Shown here: one piece after another, positions 30,399 through 41,587 of the stretch
Layout of the letters: each line of letters starts with the position of its first letter
Numbering within the stretch: position 1 is the first letter of the stretch
Origin: an uncultured Methanoregulaceae archaeon
GTDB lineage: Archaea; Halobacteriota; Methanomicrobia; Methanomicrobiales; Methanospirillaceae
Direction of reading: 5' to 3'
DNA length: 64,000 nt
NCBI GenBank assembly: GCA_963705255.1
Contig: OY970061.1
Span: 224,001-288,000, forward strand
Translations under genes and position numbers: made by a program
Notes under the pieces: model-generated
The model's input: only the letters and a program-made list of their open reading frames with translations
What the model was told of the DNA's origin: nothing
Databases searched by the model: none

Positions 30399-31235
30399 TT
30401 ACGTTACCACCGCTTTTTTGAACCGCCACCATGCCAGCAGGAATGTGATCCCGGTGAAGACCGTGAGCCCGGCAAACGAGACCACGATATCGGCAGTCGT
30501 AAACATATAGTGCTTCCCGAGCGCGACAAAGTCCGGGCCGATCGCAAAGTACCGGATGCCGGTGATGAGCAGGGTCATCGGGTTATAAACCGAGATGATT
30601 TTCAGGATCTCGGGGAACGCGTCAATAGGGTAGAGGGCGTTGCTGGCAAAGAATATCGGCATGGTCAGGAGAGTGATGACGCCCTGGAGCCCCTCAGGGC
30701 TCTCCATCGAGATGGCGATTGCTGCCGAGAGGAAGAGGAACCCGAGGGCGAACATGCCGACGAACGCGAGGATGCCGAGAACCCCCATGACGACTTGGAC
30801 TGCGGTATACCCGGAGAAAAATGCAGCACCGATCAGGATGCCGAAAACCATGATGATGATGGCCTGGATGAAGGACTTGGTCACTCCGGAGAGCCCGATC
30901 CCGAAGATGATGTGGTTCCGGTTCATCGGGCTTGCGAGGATCTCCCGCATGAGCCCCCAGTTCTTGTCAAACAGGATGACAATGCCGCCGAAGAGGCTGG
31001 TGAAGAGCGTGGTCATCGCGATGATGCCCGCTCCCATGAAGGTGAGGTAGCCTACCGCGTGCACCCCCGCGGGTACCGGCATCCCTGCCATGAGCCGGTC
31101 AAAATTACTTGACATGGCGATCCCGAAGAAGGCCAGCCAGAGCGCCGGCTGCAGGAGGGAGGAGACCAGCAGTGTCTTGAACCGGACAAAGCGGATCATG
31201 TCGCGCCAGTAGATGGTGGTAAACCCGTACGGCAT
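30399..31235 (-). CDS. ABC-2 type exporter permease
   Basis: About 6 TM; GLMREILASP, FASNALYP, NPMT motifs. Confidence 0.9.
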   Translation of the reverse strand: MPYGFTTIYWRDMIRFVRFKTLLVSSLLQPALWLAFFGIAMSSNFDRLMAGMPVPAGVHAVGYLTFMGAGIIAMTTLFTSLFGGIVILFDKNWGLMREILASPMNRNHIIFGIGLSGVTKSFIQAIIIMVFGILIGAAFFSGYTAVQVVMGVLGILAFVGMFALGFLFLSAAIAISMESPEGLQGVITLLTMPIFFASNALYPIDAFPEILKIISVYNPMTLLITGIRYFAIGPDFVALGKHYMFTTADIVVSFAGLTVFTGITFLLAWWRFKKAVVT

Positions 31236-31236
31236 C

Positions 31237-32250
31237 TCACCGCCCCCCGGCCCGCATGAACCTCGGGCGTGCGGGAGCCTGCCCTTCGTCCCGGATCTCT
31301 TTTCCGGTATAGAAGACGAAGACGTCGTCCATGGACGGCTTCTTCAGGTTGATGGTGGAGATCTCGATGCCGGCATTGCGGAGGGTGTCGATGATGCCGG
31401 GCAGCACTTTCGTCCCGTCCTCGTTCACCATCAGGGTGAACCCCCGCGTCTTGGCCTTGATGTCCCTGACCGGTGGCAAATCCTTCAGGAGTCCAAGGGC
31501 GGCCTCGTCGTTGTCCGTCTCGAGGTAGATCAGGTCCTGCCCGAGCGTATTCTTCAGTTCCCAGGATGTCCCCGTGATGATGATCTTCCCGTGGTCGATG
31601 ATGCTGATCCGGTCCGAGAGCTGGTCTGCCTCGTCCATGTAATGGGTCGTAAGGAAGATGGTGGTCCCTTCCCGGTTGACGCCCTTGATGTACTCCCACA
31701 TGCGCATCCTGGTCTGCGGGTCGAGACCGATGGTCGGTTCATCGAGGAAGAGGACTTTCGGGCGGGTCATCAGGCCGCGGGCGATCTCGAGCCTGCGTTT
31801 CATCCCCCCGCTCAGTCTCTTGGTGAGCTCGTTGCGCTTCGATTCAAGCTGGACCAGTTTCAGGAGTTCGTCAATCCGTTTCCGCCGCTCCCCGGCCGGC
31901 ATGGTATAGAGCCTCCCATGGAATTCCAGCAGTTCCCAGACAGTCATGTCCCGGTCGAGGGTGATGTCCTGGAAGACGATGCCGATCGATTCCCGGACTT
32001 TCTGCGGCTCTTTCGTGACGTCGTACCCGGCGATTGTCGCGCGTCCCTTCTGCAGGGCGAGCAGCGTGATGAGCACGTTGATCGCGGTGCTCTTGCCCGC
32101 GCCGTTCGGCCCGAGGAACGAGAAGATCTCCCCCCTCCTTACCGAGAAGCTGATACCGTCGACTGCCCTGAAGTCCCCATAGGCATGTTCGAGGCTCTCG
32201 ACGCATATGATCGTCCCGTCACTGCCACCTGCCGGGTCTTCTGTTTCCAT
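31237..32250 (-). CDS. ABC exporter ATP-binding subunit (DrrA-like)
   Basis: GPNGAGKS, LSGGMKRR, FLDEPTIGLDP, TTHYMDEAD. Confidence 0.92.
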   Translation of the reverse strand: METEDPAGGSDGTIICVESLEHAYGDFRAVDGISFSVRRGEIFSFLGPNGAGKSTAINVLITLLALQKGRATIAGYDVTKEPQKVRESIGIVFQDITLDRDMTVWELLEFHGRLYTMPAGERRKRIDELLKLVQLESKRNELTKRLSGGMKRRLEIARGLMTRPKVLFLDEPTIGLDPQTRMRMWEYIKGVNREGTTIFLTTHYMDEADQLSDRISIIDHGKIIITGTSWELKNTLGQDLIYLETDNDEAALGLLKDLPPVRDIKAKTRGFTLMVNEDGTKVLPGIIDTLRNAGIEISTINLKKPSMDDVFVFYTGKEIRDEGQAPARPRFMRAGGR

Positions 32251-32484
32251 ACCGGGAATATTCCTGAAGAGAATATATGAACGTGGCGATAGCGGCCAGC
32301 GGCCCGGAACAAGGCAGGGTCTCGGCAGGGCAGTTGACTGGCAACCAAGTACTGTGCAGGGATTTGCGGTACCAGGGATTCGCGCTCTCCCTTTCCGCAA
32401 TACAAATGTATAACCAAAAATACGGGAAAGATCTAATGAACGTTATCCACTACCAGTGCTCCGGATAGTGAGAGGTGAACACCA

Positions 32485-33159
32485 TTGAACGATACCCCAC
32501 TCCTTGATCAGCAGCCCCTCGGGCCCGTCACCTTTGCAGAAAATCCCGAACCCCGCTGCCCCTGCCTCCTGTTGCTGGACACGTCCGGTTCCATGGCAGG
32601 GCGTCCCATAGAGGAACTGAATGCCGGGATCCGCGCGTTCTACGAAGAGCTCCAGTCCGATTCCCTTGCGGTCAAACGGGTCGAGGTGGCACTCATCTCC
32701 TTTGGCCCCGTCAGGATCATCAGCAACTTCAGCACCGCCGATTTTTTCCTCGATCCGACGCTCGTTGCCGAGGGGGACACGCCGCTCGGCGAAGCAATAA
32801 CCATGGGGATCGACCTCGTCCGGAAGCGCAAGGAGGAGTACCGCTCAAACGGCATCTCCTTCTACCGCCCGTGGATCTTCCTGATCACGGACGGCTCGCC
32901 AACCGACAAGTGGCAGCATGCTGCGTCAATGGTCCGCGAAGGGGAGAACACAAAGTCCTTCGCATTTTTTGCCATCGGAGTCCAGAACGCGGATATGAAG
33001 GTGCTCCGGCAGATCTCGGTGAGAGAACCGCTCAGGCTCCAGGGCCTGAAGTTCCGGGAGTTCTTCCAGTGGCTCTCGAACTCCATGAAGTCCGCCTCCC
33101 GCAGCAACCCCGGGGACAAAATTCTGCTCGCTCCACCGTCAGGTTGGAGCGAGATATGA
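32485..33159 (+). CDS. terY: TerY/YegL-type vWA domain protein
   Basis: [42 protein letters not shown]; GAGGTGA RBS. Confidence 0.9.
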   Translation: MNDTPLLDQQPLGPVTFAENPEPRCPCLLLLDTSGSMAGRPIEELNAGIRAFYEELQSDSLAVKRVEVALISFGPVRIISNFSTADFFLDPTLVAEGDTPLGEAITMGIDLVRKRKEEYRSNGISFYRPWIFLITDGSPTDKWQHAASMVREGENTKSFAFFAIGVQNADMKVLRQISVREPLRLQGLKFREFFQWLSNSMKSASRSNPGDKILLAPPSGWSEI

Positions 33160-33920
33160 GCTGGAAATACACTGCTTCATCCGTGACCGGAAGAACACAT
33201 CTGGACCGGAACGAACCGGGCCAGGACTACTGCCGTGCCGGCGCAGTCCAGATCTCGGACCGGGAGTTTTTCATCGGTCTCGTAGCAGACGGGGCCGGGA
33301 GCACGAGGTGCGGCGGTGAGGGGGCAAGGACTGCCTGCGATACCGCTTATGAGTCCATAATGAAGACGATCAGGGTGGCGGGGGAGATCCACCCCATAAC
33401 GGACGCGGACGTCAGGGACTGGATCTGCTCTGCCCGGGGGGCAATCGTGGCACAGGCCGCTGCATCGGGAGCACCGGTCCGGGAGTATGCGTGTACCCTG
33501 ATCGGCAGCGTGATCGGCAACGGGCAGGCGATCTGCTTCCAGATCGGGGACGGGGCCATTGTCATGAAGGAACGCGATGAGTACCAAGTCGTTTTCTGGC
33601 CGGACCAGGGGGAATATGCCAATACCACCTTTTTTGTCACGGATGAATCGTTCCTGAAGCACCTGGAGATATCCCGGAAGGATTTTCTGCCGGAAGAGGT
33701 CGCGCTGTTCACAGACGGTCTGCAGAACCTCGTCCTCTCGTTCTCGAAAAAGGCTGCCCACGAGGGTTTTTTCCGCCCCCTGTTCGCTGCGGTACGGGCC
33801 CATTCGGGAAACCGGCTGCCGGACCTTTCCGCCCAGCTCGATGGGTTCCTGTCCCGCAGCGACGTCAATGAGCGGACCGATGACGATAAAACGCTGGTCC
33901 TCGCTGCCCACGTCCCGTGA
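33156..33920 (+). CDS. PP2C-like phosphatase (YegK-type)
   Basis: [39 protein letters not shown]; ATGA overlap with terY. Confidence 0.9.
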   Translation: MSWKYTASSVTGRTHLDRNEPGQDYCRAGAVQISDREFFIGLVADGAGSTRCGGEGARTACDTAYESIMKTIRVAGEIHPITDADVRDWICSARGAIVAQAAASGAPVREYACTLIGSVIGNGQAICFQIGDGAIVMKERDEYQVVFWPDQGEYANTTFFVTDESFLKHLEISRKDFLPEEVALFTDGLQNLVLSFSKKAAHEGFFRPLFAAVRAHSGNRLPDLSAQLDGFLSRSDVNERTDDDKTLVLAAHVP

Positions 33921-35881
33921 TCCCAATGAAGGAAAAAGGTCGTTCGTTCTTCGATTGCCATGGCAGGAGGATCCTGCCCGGGAAAAAGGTCGGGAGCGGG
34001 GGGAGGGCGACGTGTACGATATCGGGCAGGGCCAGCGCTATGTGGCAAAGATCTACCACAAGCCGCTCAGCATGCAGAAGCAGGAGAAACTCCGGCTGAT
34101 GGTCCAGGGGTGCAACGAGGAACTCGAGGAGATCTCCGCCTGGCCGGTCGACCTTGTCTATGACGGGCCGGACGGGCCGGTCTGCGGTTTTCTGATGCCC
34201 AAGGTGACGGATAGCGAGCCGGTCCACACGGTATACGGGCCAACGCACCGGAAACTCATCTTCCCGACCGCTGACTGGAAATTCCTGGTCCGGGCTGCAA
34301 AGAACCTCGCGGCCGCGTTCGACGTGATGCACCATTACGGGTACGTGATCGGGGACGTTAATGAAGGAAATATCCTGGTCAGCAACCATGCCTGCGTCAC
34401 CCTCATCGATTGCGACTCGGTTCAGGTGCGGGCTTCCGCCACCGTCTATTACTGCGAGGTCGGGGTGGCCCAGTTCACCCCGCCGGAGATCCAGAACTCG
34501 AAAGATTTCCGTATCGAGCGGTCGAAGAACCATGACAATTTCGGCCTTGCCATCTTGATCTTCCAGCTCCTGTTCATGGGCAGGCACCCGTTTGCCGGAG
34601 TCTATTCCGGCAGGGAGGACATGCCGATAGAACGGGCGATCGCAGAGTACCGCTTCGCGTTCGGCCGGGATGCACCAAAAAGGCAGATGTCGCCCCCGCC
34701 GAATTCGGTGGGTCTCGCTGTCGTCCCGCCGGAGGTGGCTCGCCTCTTCGAGCAGGCGTTTTGCCAGTCCCACGGGAAGGACCGCCCCTCTGCAGGGGAG
34801 TGGTGGACAGCGCTCGACTCGCTGGAACGGAAGCTGAAGCGGTGCAGTGCCGATTCGGGACACGTGCATCTCTCCGGTCTCTCCTCCTGCCCATGGTGCC
34901 GGCTCGAGCAGGAGTCCGGGGCGTTCCTCTTCCTGAGCCCGGATGCAGTCTCCAAATTCGACCTGGTTGCCGAATGGAAGAAAGTCACTGCATTTCCGCC
35001 GCCCGGTCCGCTCCCGGTCATCTCCCCGGACCAGTCCCATCCCGTTCCGGTCCCCCTGCCCCCGGATCTGGAACGATCGTTTTTCTTCACGAAAGTCCGG
35101 CTGGTTACAGGATTGGTGCTCGCGATCTGGTGCGGGCTTGTCCTCGCAAGCAGCATCTCCACAGACTACGGGATCATCGCAGCAGTCGGGGTCGTTGCTG
35201 CCGTCCTTCTCCTCTTCCCGGGAAAGGAGGCAGCGGAGAAGAGAAGGCGGCGGACGGTGTTTGAAAGTGCCCGCTACCGCTGGGACCTGATCCGGAAGAA
35301 GTGGACCGCGGAGGCGGGCGATGAAGCCTACCGTGTCAAGCTGGCGAAGCTTCAGGGGCTCAAAAATACGTACGCGTCGCTTGAGAGAGAGTATACGGTC
35401 GCCCGGGGCTCATTCCAGCACACGGCAAAGGAACGGCAGCTTGCAGCGTATCTCGGGACCTGCTTCATCGACAGCTACAACTTTCTCCGGATCGGTGCAA
35501 ACCGGAAAGCGGTGCTGAGGTCGTTTGGGATCGAGACCGCGGCAGACATCAACCGGGGGAGCCTCCAGCGCATCACCGAGTTTGGCGATATTCACCGGGA
35601 CGAACTCCTGTCCTGGCGCACACAGATGGAGGAGCGGTTCAGGTTTGATCCCTCCAAGGGGCTGCGACCCGGCGGACCGTCAGAACCTGATCCACCGATT
35701 CCAGCCGAAGATGCGCCCGGTCGAGCGGGAACTTCGGCTCGGGATCGAGTCCCTGAACCAGATCAGGCAGAAGATCCTGCAGAACCGGGCCCGGTACCGG
35801 CCTACGGTCGAACGAAGCGCCCGCGAACTTGCTCAGGCGGCCGCAGACCTCGAGGTCTTCACCCTCCTGAAAAAACCGTGA
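33917..35881 (+). CDS. YegI-type protein kinase with TM hairpin and HhH-like C-terminus, frameshifts near 34000 and 35660
   Basis: G-rich loop, VAKIY, GDVNEGNILV, IDCDS, HDNFGLA, GRHPF, CPWC, SFGIETAAD. Confidence 0.85.
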
Positions 35882-35919
35882 AACCGGGCGACCGGGCCGG
35901 AAATTTCCGGGTGAGGGGG

Positions 35920-36618
35920 TTATCCTAGCCCCGTCCGGAACAGATCGGCCGTTCTCTCCGGTTTCTTCCCGGTCAGCAGGAAGACGGTGAGCGCCCTCGT
36001 CCCCCCGCCGGGCACCGGTTTCAGGACAATTGCCGCGGTCTGGTTCCTGACCGATTCAAACCCTGCATCTTCCAGTTGTTTACGCAGGAGGCAGCGGTCG
36101 AACCCGGCATGGAAGACACCGGTATTGTCATCATGGAATGCTCCGCCGTCCGGATCAAGGTCCGCAACACAGAGAAGCCCGGAAGGTTTGAGAATCCGGG
36201 AAAACTGCCCGAGCAGCGGGCGGATGTCCAGGATGTGGTGGAATGTCATGCTGCTGACAACCAGGTCATACTGCCCCTCGAGCAGATCCCCTCGGTCAGG
36301 ATCCATGAGCCGGGTCTTCACGTTCTTCAGGCCCAGGCTGGAGATCTTCCTGTCGAGAATTTCCAGCATTCCCTGCGAACTGTCAACCGCAATGACAGAA
36401 CGGACTTCGGGCTGGAGCTCGAGGGTTAAGAGCCCGGTCCCGCAGCCGAAGTCGAGCACGTCCATATCGGGTCTGATCGCGATCGTCTCGCGGATGGCCC
36501 GGGCGACATCCTGTGCCATCTTCACCCGCCCCGGGTTCTCGTCCCAGGTTGCTGCTACGGAGTCGAAGTTGCGCTTCTCCCCGTTCACGGCATTGAAATC
36601 CCGTTTTTCGTCGCTCAT
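35920..36618 (-). CDS. Class I SAM-dependent methyltransferase
   Basis: LDFGCGTG, YDLVVSSMTFHH. Confidence 0.9.
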   Translation of the reverse strand: MSDEKRDFNAVNGEKRNFDSVAATWDENPGRVKMAQDVARAIRETIAIRPDMDVLDFGCGTGLLTLELQPEVRSVIAVDSSQGMLEILDRKISSLGLKNVKTRLMDPDRGDLLEGQYDLVVSSMTFHHILDIRPLLGQFSRILKPSGLLCVADLDPDGGAFHDDNTGVFHAGFDRCLLRKQLEDAGFESVRNQTAAIVLKPVPGGGTRALTVFLLTGKKPERTADLFRTGLG

Positions 36619-36896
36619 CTGATCTCAGGTTAGTTAGCGGGCGGCAGCGAATAAATTCATGGGATCTGTGTGCAATGGAGGGATACAACTCTTGTACGGG
36701 AGCCCGGATACCATGTGCCGGGAAGAACCGGCGGTTCTTTCCCGCATCTGCATCATGGCCGCCGGCCATCCAGGCGTATCGTTCTGGCAAGAAACCGGTC
36801 GCAGGCGATTGTAATGCGGATCCGTGATCCGGAACGTTTCTCGGAACATGGCGTCGTGCTATACCTATTTGACGTGAAGCGACCAAGAATAAAAGA

Positions 36897-37259
36897 ATGG
36901 TACCCGAGCCCGTATTCCGCTACAAACAGTGCCTGATCATCAGGAACGATATCAAGATGAGCTGCGGCAAACGGTGCGCCCAGGCCGGCCACGCCTCCAT
37001 CGGCGCGTATAACGGCGCGGACAAGGCCCTGCAGAAAGCATGGCTCTCTGAAGGGCAGAAGAAAGTGGTGCTCAAGGCAAATGACGAGCGGACACTCTTC
37101 GAACTCAAGGTCATCGCAGAACGATCCGGCATCTCCACATCGCTCATCCAGGACGCAGGAATGACCGAGATCCCTCCAGGTACAATCACGGCCCTCGGCC
37201 TCGGCCCTGCGAAGAGCGAGGATCTCGACAAAATCACCGGTGCTCTCTCTCTTTTATGA
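36897..37259 (+). CDS. pth2: Peptidyl-tRNA hydrolase, archaeal Pth2 type
   Basis: KMSCGKRCAQAGHA, GQKKVVLK, DAGMTEIPPGT. Confidence 0.95.
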   Translation: MVPEPVFRYKQCLIIRNDIKMSCGKRCAQAGHASIGAYNGADKALQKAWLSEGQKKVVLKANDERTLFELKVIAERSGISTSLIQDAGMTEIPPGTITALGLGPAKSEDLDKITGALSLL

Positions 37260-38530
37260 ACCAGAGCCCCTACTCCCTTGAACGCGAGCTCGGCATGCGG
37301 TACTACGCGAGCGATGCCGAGGGGATCGGCGGGAGACTGCGGTCGGTGCCCGGGGACTTCCGGGTAGAGGAGATCCCCCTGCCGGAGAAAGGGGGGACGA
37401 GCGGGCCGTACCTGATCTGCACCCTCACCAAGACCAACTGGGAGCTCCAGCACGCAGTAAAAGAGGTAGCAAAACGGCTGGGTATCAGCCACCGGCGCAT
37501 CGGCTGGGCGGGTACGAAGGACCGGAACGCCGTGACCAGCCAGCGGATCTCGATCTACAATGTCACGGCTGAGCAGGTTGCAGGTGTACGGCTGAAGGAC
37601 ATTCTCCTTGAACCCCTCGGGAATGCGAACGAGGCTCTGTCGCTCGGTGACCTGCAGGGAAACCGGTTTGACCTCGTGATCCGCGAACCTGATACGCCCG
37701 ATCCCGGGGAACGTATCCAGGAAATTACGGAAACGGTCAGGGACGGCGTACCCAACTATTACGGCCTCCAGCGCTTCGGCGCCATCCGTCCGGTCACGCA
37801 CAAGGTAGGGGAATGGATCCTGCGGGGCGACTTTGAGCAGGCCGTGCTGACCTACATCGGGCTTGCCTATCCCGCCGAGACCGACACGGTGAAAGCGATC
37901 CGGTCGGAATTTTACCAGAGCCGCGACCCCGCGCCGGCGCTCCGCAGTCTCCCGGTCCAGATGAACTATGAACGTGCCATGCTCCATCACCTGCACGTCC
38001 ATGCCGGCGATTATAGCGGGGCGCTCCGGGAACTGCCGCCCAAGCTGCTCTCGATGTTCGTCTCCGCGTTCCAGTCGTACCTCTTCAACTGTGCCCTGAG
38101 CCTCCGGTTTGACGATGGATACGGGCTCAGCGATCCCGTGCCAGGAGACCGGCTGTTGTTTGCCAACGGGCGGACTGATACCGCTACCACATCAAACCTT
38201 GCTGCGGTCTCGTTGCATATCCGGCGGGGACGGTGCAGCATTGCGCTCTTCATGCCCGGCAGAGAAAAGATGGATCCGAAAACAGAAGGCGGGCGCGTGA
38301 TGGAGGAACTCCTGGCAGGGTATTCGATCACCCCGGAGGACTTCGGACACGCTTCAGCATTCGTGCACACGAAGTTCGAAGGCGCATGGCGGCCGATTGC
38401 GCTGAAAACGGAGATCGAATCTGCCCTTGAGGGAAGCAGCGTCCGGCTGAAATTCACCCTGCCCCCCGGCCACTACGCGACAACGGTCTGCCGCGAGTTC
38501 ATGAAGGCAGACCCGGTCCGGATGATCTGA
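37256..38530 (+). CDS. truD: tRNA pseudouridine(13) synthase
   Basis: AGTKDRNAVT, PNYYGLQRFG, FTLPPGHYAT. Confidence 0.95.
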   Translation: MNQSPYSLERELGMRYYASDAEGIGGRLRSVPGDFRVEEIPLPEKGGTSGPYLICTLTKTNWELQHAVKEVAKRLGISHRRIGWAGTKDRNAVTSQRISIYNVTAEQVAGVRLKDILLEPLGNANEALSLGDLQGNRFDLVIREPDTPDPGERIQEITETVRDGVPNYYGLQRFGAIRPVTHKVGEWILRGDFEQAVLTYIGLAYPAETDTVKAIRSEFYQSRDPAPALRSLPVQMNYERAMLHHLHVHAGDYSGALRELPPKLLSMFVSAFQSYLFNCALSLRFDDGYGLSDPVPGDRLLFANGRTDTATTSNLAAVSLHIRRGRCSIALFMPGREKMDPKTEGGRVMEELLAGYSITPEDFGHASAFVHTKFEGAWRPIALKTEIESALEGSSVRLKFTLPPGHYATTVCREFMKADPVRMI

Positions 38531-38541
38531 ACGACGTGTGG

Positions 38542-39345
38542 TCAGCGGCGCGATTCCGCAAGTCTCTTGGCGCCGTCAATGGCATCGTTGAGGTTGCCCA
38601 GCTCGTCGACAATATTGAGTTTCACCGCGTCGGCGCCCCGGATCACCCTGCCGTCCTCAATATCTGAGCGTGCGATCACGCGCTGGGTGGTAACATCGGT
38701 GATGAACGCTTCGAAGCTTTCGTCAACGATCTGCCTGGCGTATTCCTGCTCGTTAGCAGTCATGGGGCGCGAATCCGAGCCCATGTCTTTCATGTTGCCC
38801 GATTCTACCACGCTCGTGTTGTAGCCTTCGTTCTCCATCCAGCGGCTGATATCGGAGAACCTCCAGATCACCCCTACCCCGGCCGTGAACGTATCAGGAT
38901 CCGCGTAGATCCTGTCCGCATGGGCACTTACATAATACGCAGCTGAAGTTGCCATATCTCCCATCGAGACCACGACCGGTTTTTTCGTCTTTGCGTATTC
39001 GAGGTCGCGGATGATCTCCTCAGCAGCTGCAGGTGAACCGCCAGGGCTGTCGACCCGCAGGACGATTGCCTCGGTCATCGGGTCATCAGCTGCCGACCTC
39101 AGGTTGTTGCCCACCACCTCACTTCCGATCGAGGTGCCATCATCCACCAGACCGGTGACCATGGTCCCTTCCATCCGGACTACGGTCACGCCACCGGTTC
39201 GTTCCGGGTGGGTGAGATACATGGCGGCGATGACAGCTCCCGTTACGACGATGACGAAAACGATGATGACGAAAATCCATTTCATAGCCGGCCGGCGTCC
39301 CACGCGAGCAGGACCTGCAGCACGTTGCCAGATATCCATGTCCAT
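38542..39345 (-). CDS. sppA: Signal peptide peptidase SppA (S49)
   Basis: RVDSPGGS, KPVVVSMG, ATSAAYY; start may be 39285. Confidence 0.9.
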   Translation of the reverse strand: MDMDIWQRAAGPARVGRRPAMKWIFVIIVFVIVVTGAVIAAMYLTHPERTGGVTVVRMEGTMVTGLVDDGTSIGSEVVGNNLRSAADDPMTEAIVLRVDSPGGSPAAAEEIIRDLEYAKTKKPVVVSMGDMATSAAYYVSAHADRIYADPDTFTAGVGVIWRFSDISRWMENEGYNTSVVESGNMKDMGSDSRPMTANEQEYARQIVDESFEAFITDVTTQRVIARSDIEDGRVIRGADAVKLNIVDELGNLNDAIDGAKRLAESRR

Positions 39346-39346
39346 G

Positions 39347-40033
39347 TTATACCCCGGCATAGAGTACATCGAATTCAGAGACGAGGTTGCTCCCGCACAT
39401 GTAGTATTTTTTCAGGTTGAGCCGGATCATCTCGTCTTCGCTGTTGATGTGCATCCCGCCGACAAGCGATGGCGTGTCGGAACCCCCGACGATGAACGGC
39501 AGGTGGATGAGACGGATCTCGTCCACGAGCCGGTCGTGCAGCATATGCCAGTTCAGGGTGGGCCCGCCTTCGATCATCAGCTTCTTCACGCCGAACTTTT
39601 CCCTGAGGATCTTCAGGAGCAGAGGGAGCTCGACATGGGTCTTTCCGGCAACGATGACGTGGGCACCTTTCTTCCTGATCGCTCCGACCCGCTCCTGCGG
39701 GGCCGCTTCGCAGACCGCGATTGCCGTCGGCGCATCGGGCCCGAGCACGTTGGCATCGAGCGGGATATCGGCCATACTGCACGGGATGACGCGGAGCGGG
39801 CTCTTCCCCGGCACCAGCCGGACCGTGAGGAACGAGTTGTCGATCCGGATAGTGTTGGCCCCGACCATGATGGCATCATATTCGGCCCGGGTGGTGTGCA
39901 GGAGGGTCTCAGTCTCGGGTGCCATGTATTTCATCAGGATCTTTGAGGATGCTCCTTTCTTGAGCGTGAGCTTGCCGTCCGCAGTAATTTCCGACATCAT
40001 CAGCACGTGCGGGCGGTCGTGTGTGGTTGTCAT
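39347..40033 (-). CDS. RibD C-terminal/pyrimidine reductase family protein
   Basis: TADGK, DAIMVGANTIRIDN, LMIEGGPTL, LVDEI. Confidence 0.88.
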   Translation of the reverse strand: MTTTHDRPHVLMMSEITADGKLTLKKGASSKILMKYMAPETETLLHTTRAEYDAIMVGANTIRIDNSFLTVRLVPGKSPLRVIPCSMADIPLDANVLGPDAPTAIAVCEAAPQERVGAIRKKGAHVIVAGKTHVELPLLLKILREKFGVKKLMIEGGPTLNWHMLHDRLVDEIRLIHLPFIVGGSDTPSLVGGMHINSEDEMIRLNLKKYYMCGSNLVSEFDVLYAGV

Positions 40034-40173
40034 TGCCGATCTTCTCGCCTCCTGTATTGGACGGGGAACATAAATAACGTGACGCTAGCGGCCACCGCCC
40101 GGCGCAGATCCCCGGTACTCCCGCTGCGCCCGATGAGCAACTATTAATGGTTTATGTACCCATGAATTGAGTT

Positions 40174-40806
40174 ATGAATATTACTGCACTCCGGCCACGG
40201 TTTATCAGGAATCTTGAGCCGGTCGCAGACGTCTTTGTCAGGCTCAGGATAACGCCCAACCAGATATCGCTGCTCGCACTCGCGGCCGGTATCGCATGTG
40301 CGGTTCTCTTCTGGCAGCGGCAGTTTCTTACGGGGGCTCTCTTCCTCCTGCTCTCCGCCGTCCTGGACCTCGTGGACGGGAGCGTTGCCCGGAAGACCGG
40401 TGCCCATACCGATTTCGGGGCTGTCTTTGACTGGATCGTTGACAAGTACGTGGACGCGCTGGCCCTGCTCGGCGTCGGGCTTGCCGGCATCCCGATCGTG
40501 AGCGGATTTTTCCCGGTGCCCCCCGCTGCCGACTTTGCCGTCGTCGCATTTGCGATCATCGGCTCCCTGATGAACACCTTCATCAAGCCCGTGGTCTACG
40601 CGGAGATCGGGTACCGTGAAAAAGTGGAGGGGAAGATCGACGACCCCCTCGAAGGGATCGGGTTCTTCGGCAGGCCGGAGACACTCCTTGTCCTGATCCT
40701 CGGCGGGGCCTTCAACCTGATCTGGGCCTCGGTCATCATCATCGCTGTCTTCACGAACCTGTCCGCACTCCAGCGGATCACGTACCTTTACCGAACGCTT
40801 TCCTGA
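40174..40806 (+). CDS. CDP-alcohol phosphatidyltransferase
   Basis: TPNQIS; DLVDGSVARKTG...FGAVFDWIVD signature. Confidence 0.92.
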   Translation: MNITALRPRFIRNLEPVADVFVRLRITPNQISLLALAAGIACAVLFWQRQFLTGALFLLLSAVLDLVDGSVARKTGAHTDFGAVFDWIVDKYVDALALLGVGLAGIPIVSGFFPVPPAADFAVVAFAIIGSLMNTFIKPVVYAEIGYREKVEGKIDDPLEGIGFFGRPETLLVLILGGAFNLIWASVIIIAVFTNLSALQRITYLYRTLS

Positions 40807-41587
40807 CCTCGCCGTAATAGATCTGGTAGAGGTCTTCAGCAAATTTCCCGAGGTTCGGGATGATGGTAAACAGCCCGTAGGCGATCACGATGAGACAGAT
40901 GAGGGCGAGGAATTCTGCGATGACATTGTGCGCCCAGAAGAAACTCTCGTAACCCAGTTCGCCGTTGCTGGCGATGTCCGGGTAATATGGGAACCATTGT
41001 TGCGTGTATGCCATGATGACAAAGACGTTCCTTAACAGGTTCAGGAAATAGATGGTCGGGGCGACGATGAGGAAGGCCAGTATTTTCTGCCGGAACGTCG
41101 TTGGCACGGCAGCCGATACCCCGAGCAGGATGGCGATGCTCTGGATGCCGGTGCAGGCGAGGATAATCTCCACGCGGAAACCGTTACGGGAGATGATGTT
41201 CCAGTCTGCAAGGTTCACGCTGAAATGGAGGAGGTTGAGCAGCCAGACGATCTGCCCGACGACCGCCCCGATGAGCCAGTCGCCGAGTACAGGAATATAT
41301 TCGAACGGGGCGTAGATGATGAACGCCACCGCGGCAGCCCGCGACAGGTGCATGACCCGCTCGTCATCGGCCATAAGGTACTGGGCCGTGATGACGAGGA
41401 ACGGTACCGAGAGTGCCGCTATGACCGGGTACATGAAATTATTCTCGCTGAAATAGAACGGCAGTTCGGCAAAGAGAGACAATACGATAAAAACCCAGCC
41501 GATGATGGCCGCATATTTACGGTGGGGACCGGGTATGAGGAACGCAAGAAACCCGATACAGGATATCAGGACCAGATACTCGATCAT
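40778..41587 (-). CDS. artA: Archaeosortase A
   Basis: IILACTGIQSI, LNLLRNVF, SFFWAHNV. Confidence 0.9.
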   Translation of the reverse strand: MIEYLVLISCIGFLAFLIPGPHRKYAAIIGWVFIVLSLFAELPFYFSENNFMYPVIAALSVPFLVITAQYLMADDERVMHLSRAAAVAFIIYAPFEYIPVLGDWLIGAVVGQIVWLLNLLHFSVNLADWNIISRNGFRVEIILACTGIQSIAILLGVSAAVPTTFRQKILAFLIVAPTIYFLNLLRNVFVIMAYTQQWFPYYPDIASNGELGYESFFWAHNVIAEFLALICLIVIAYGLFTIIPNLGKFAEDLYQIYYGEVRKAFGKGT

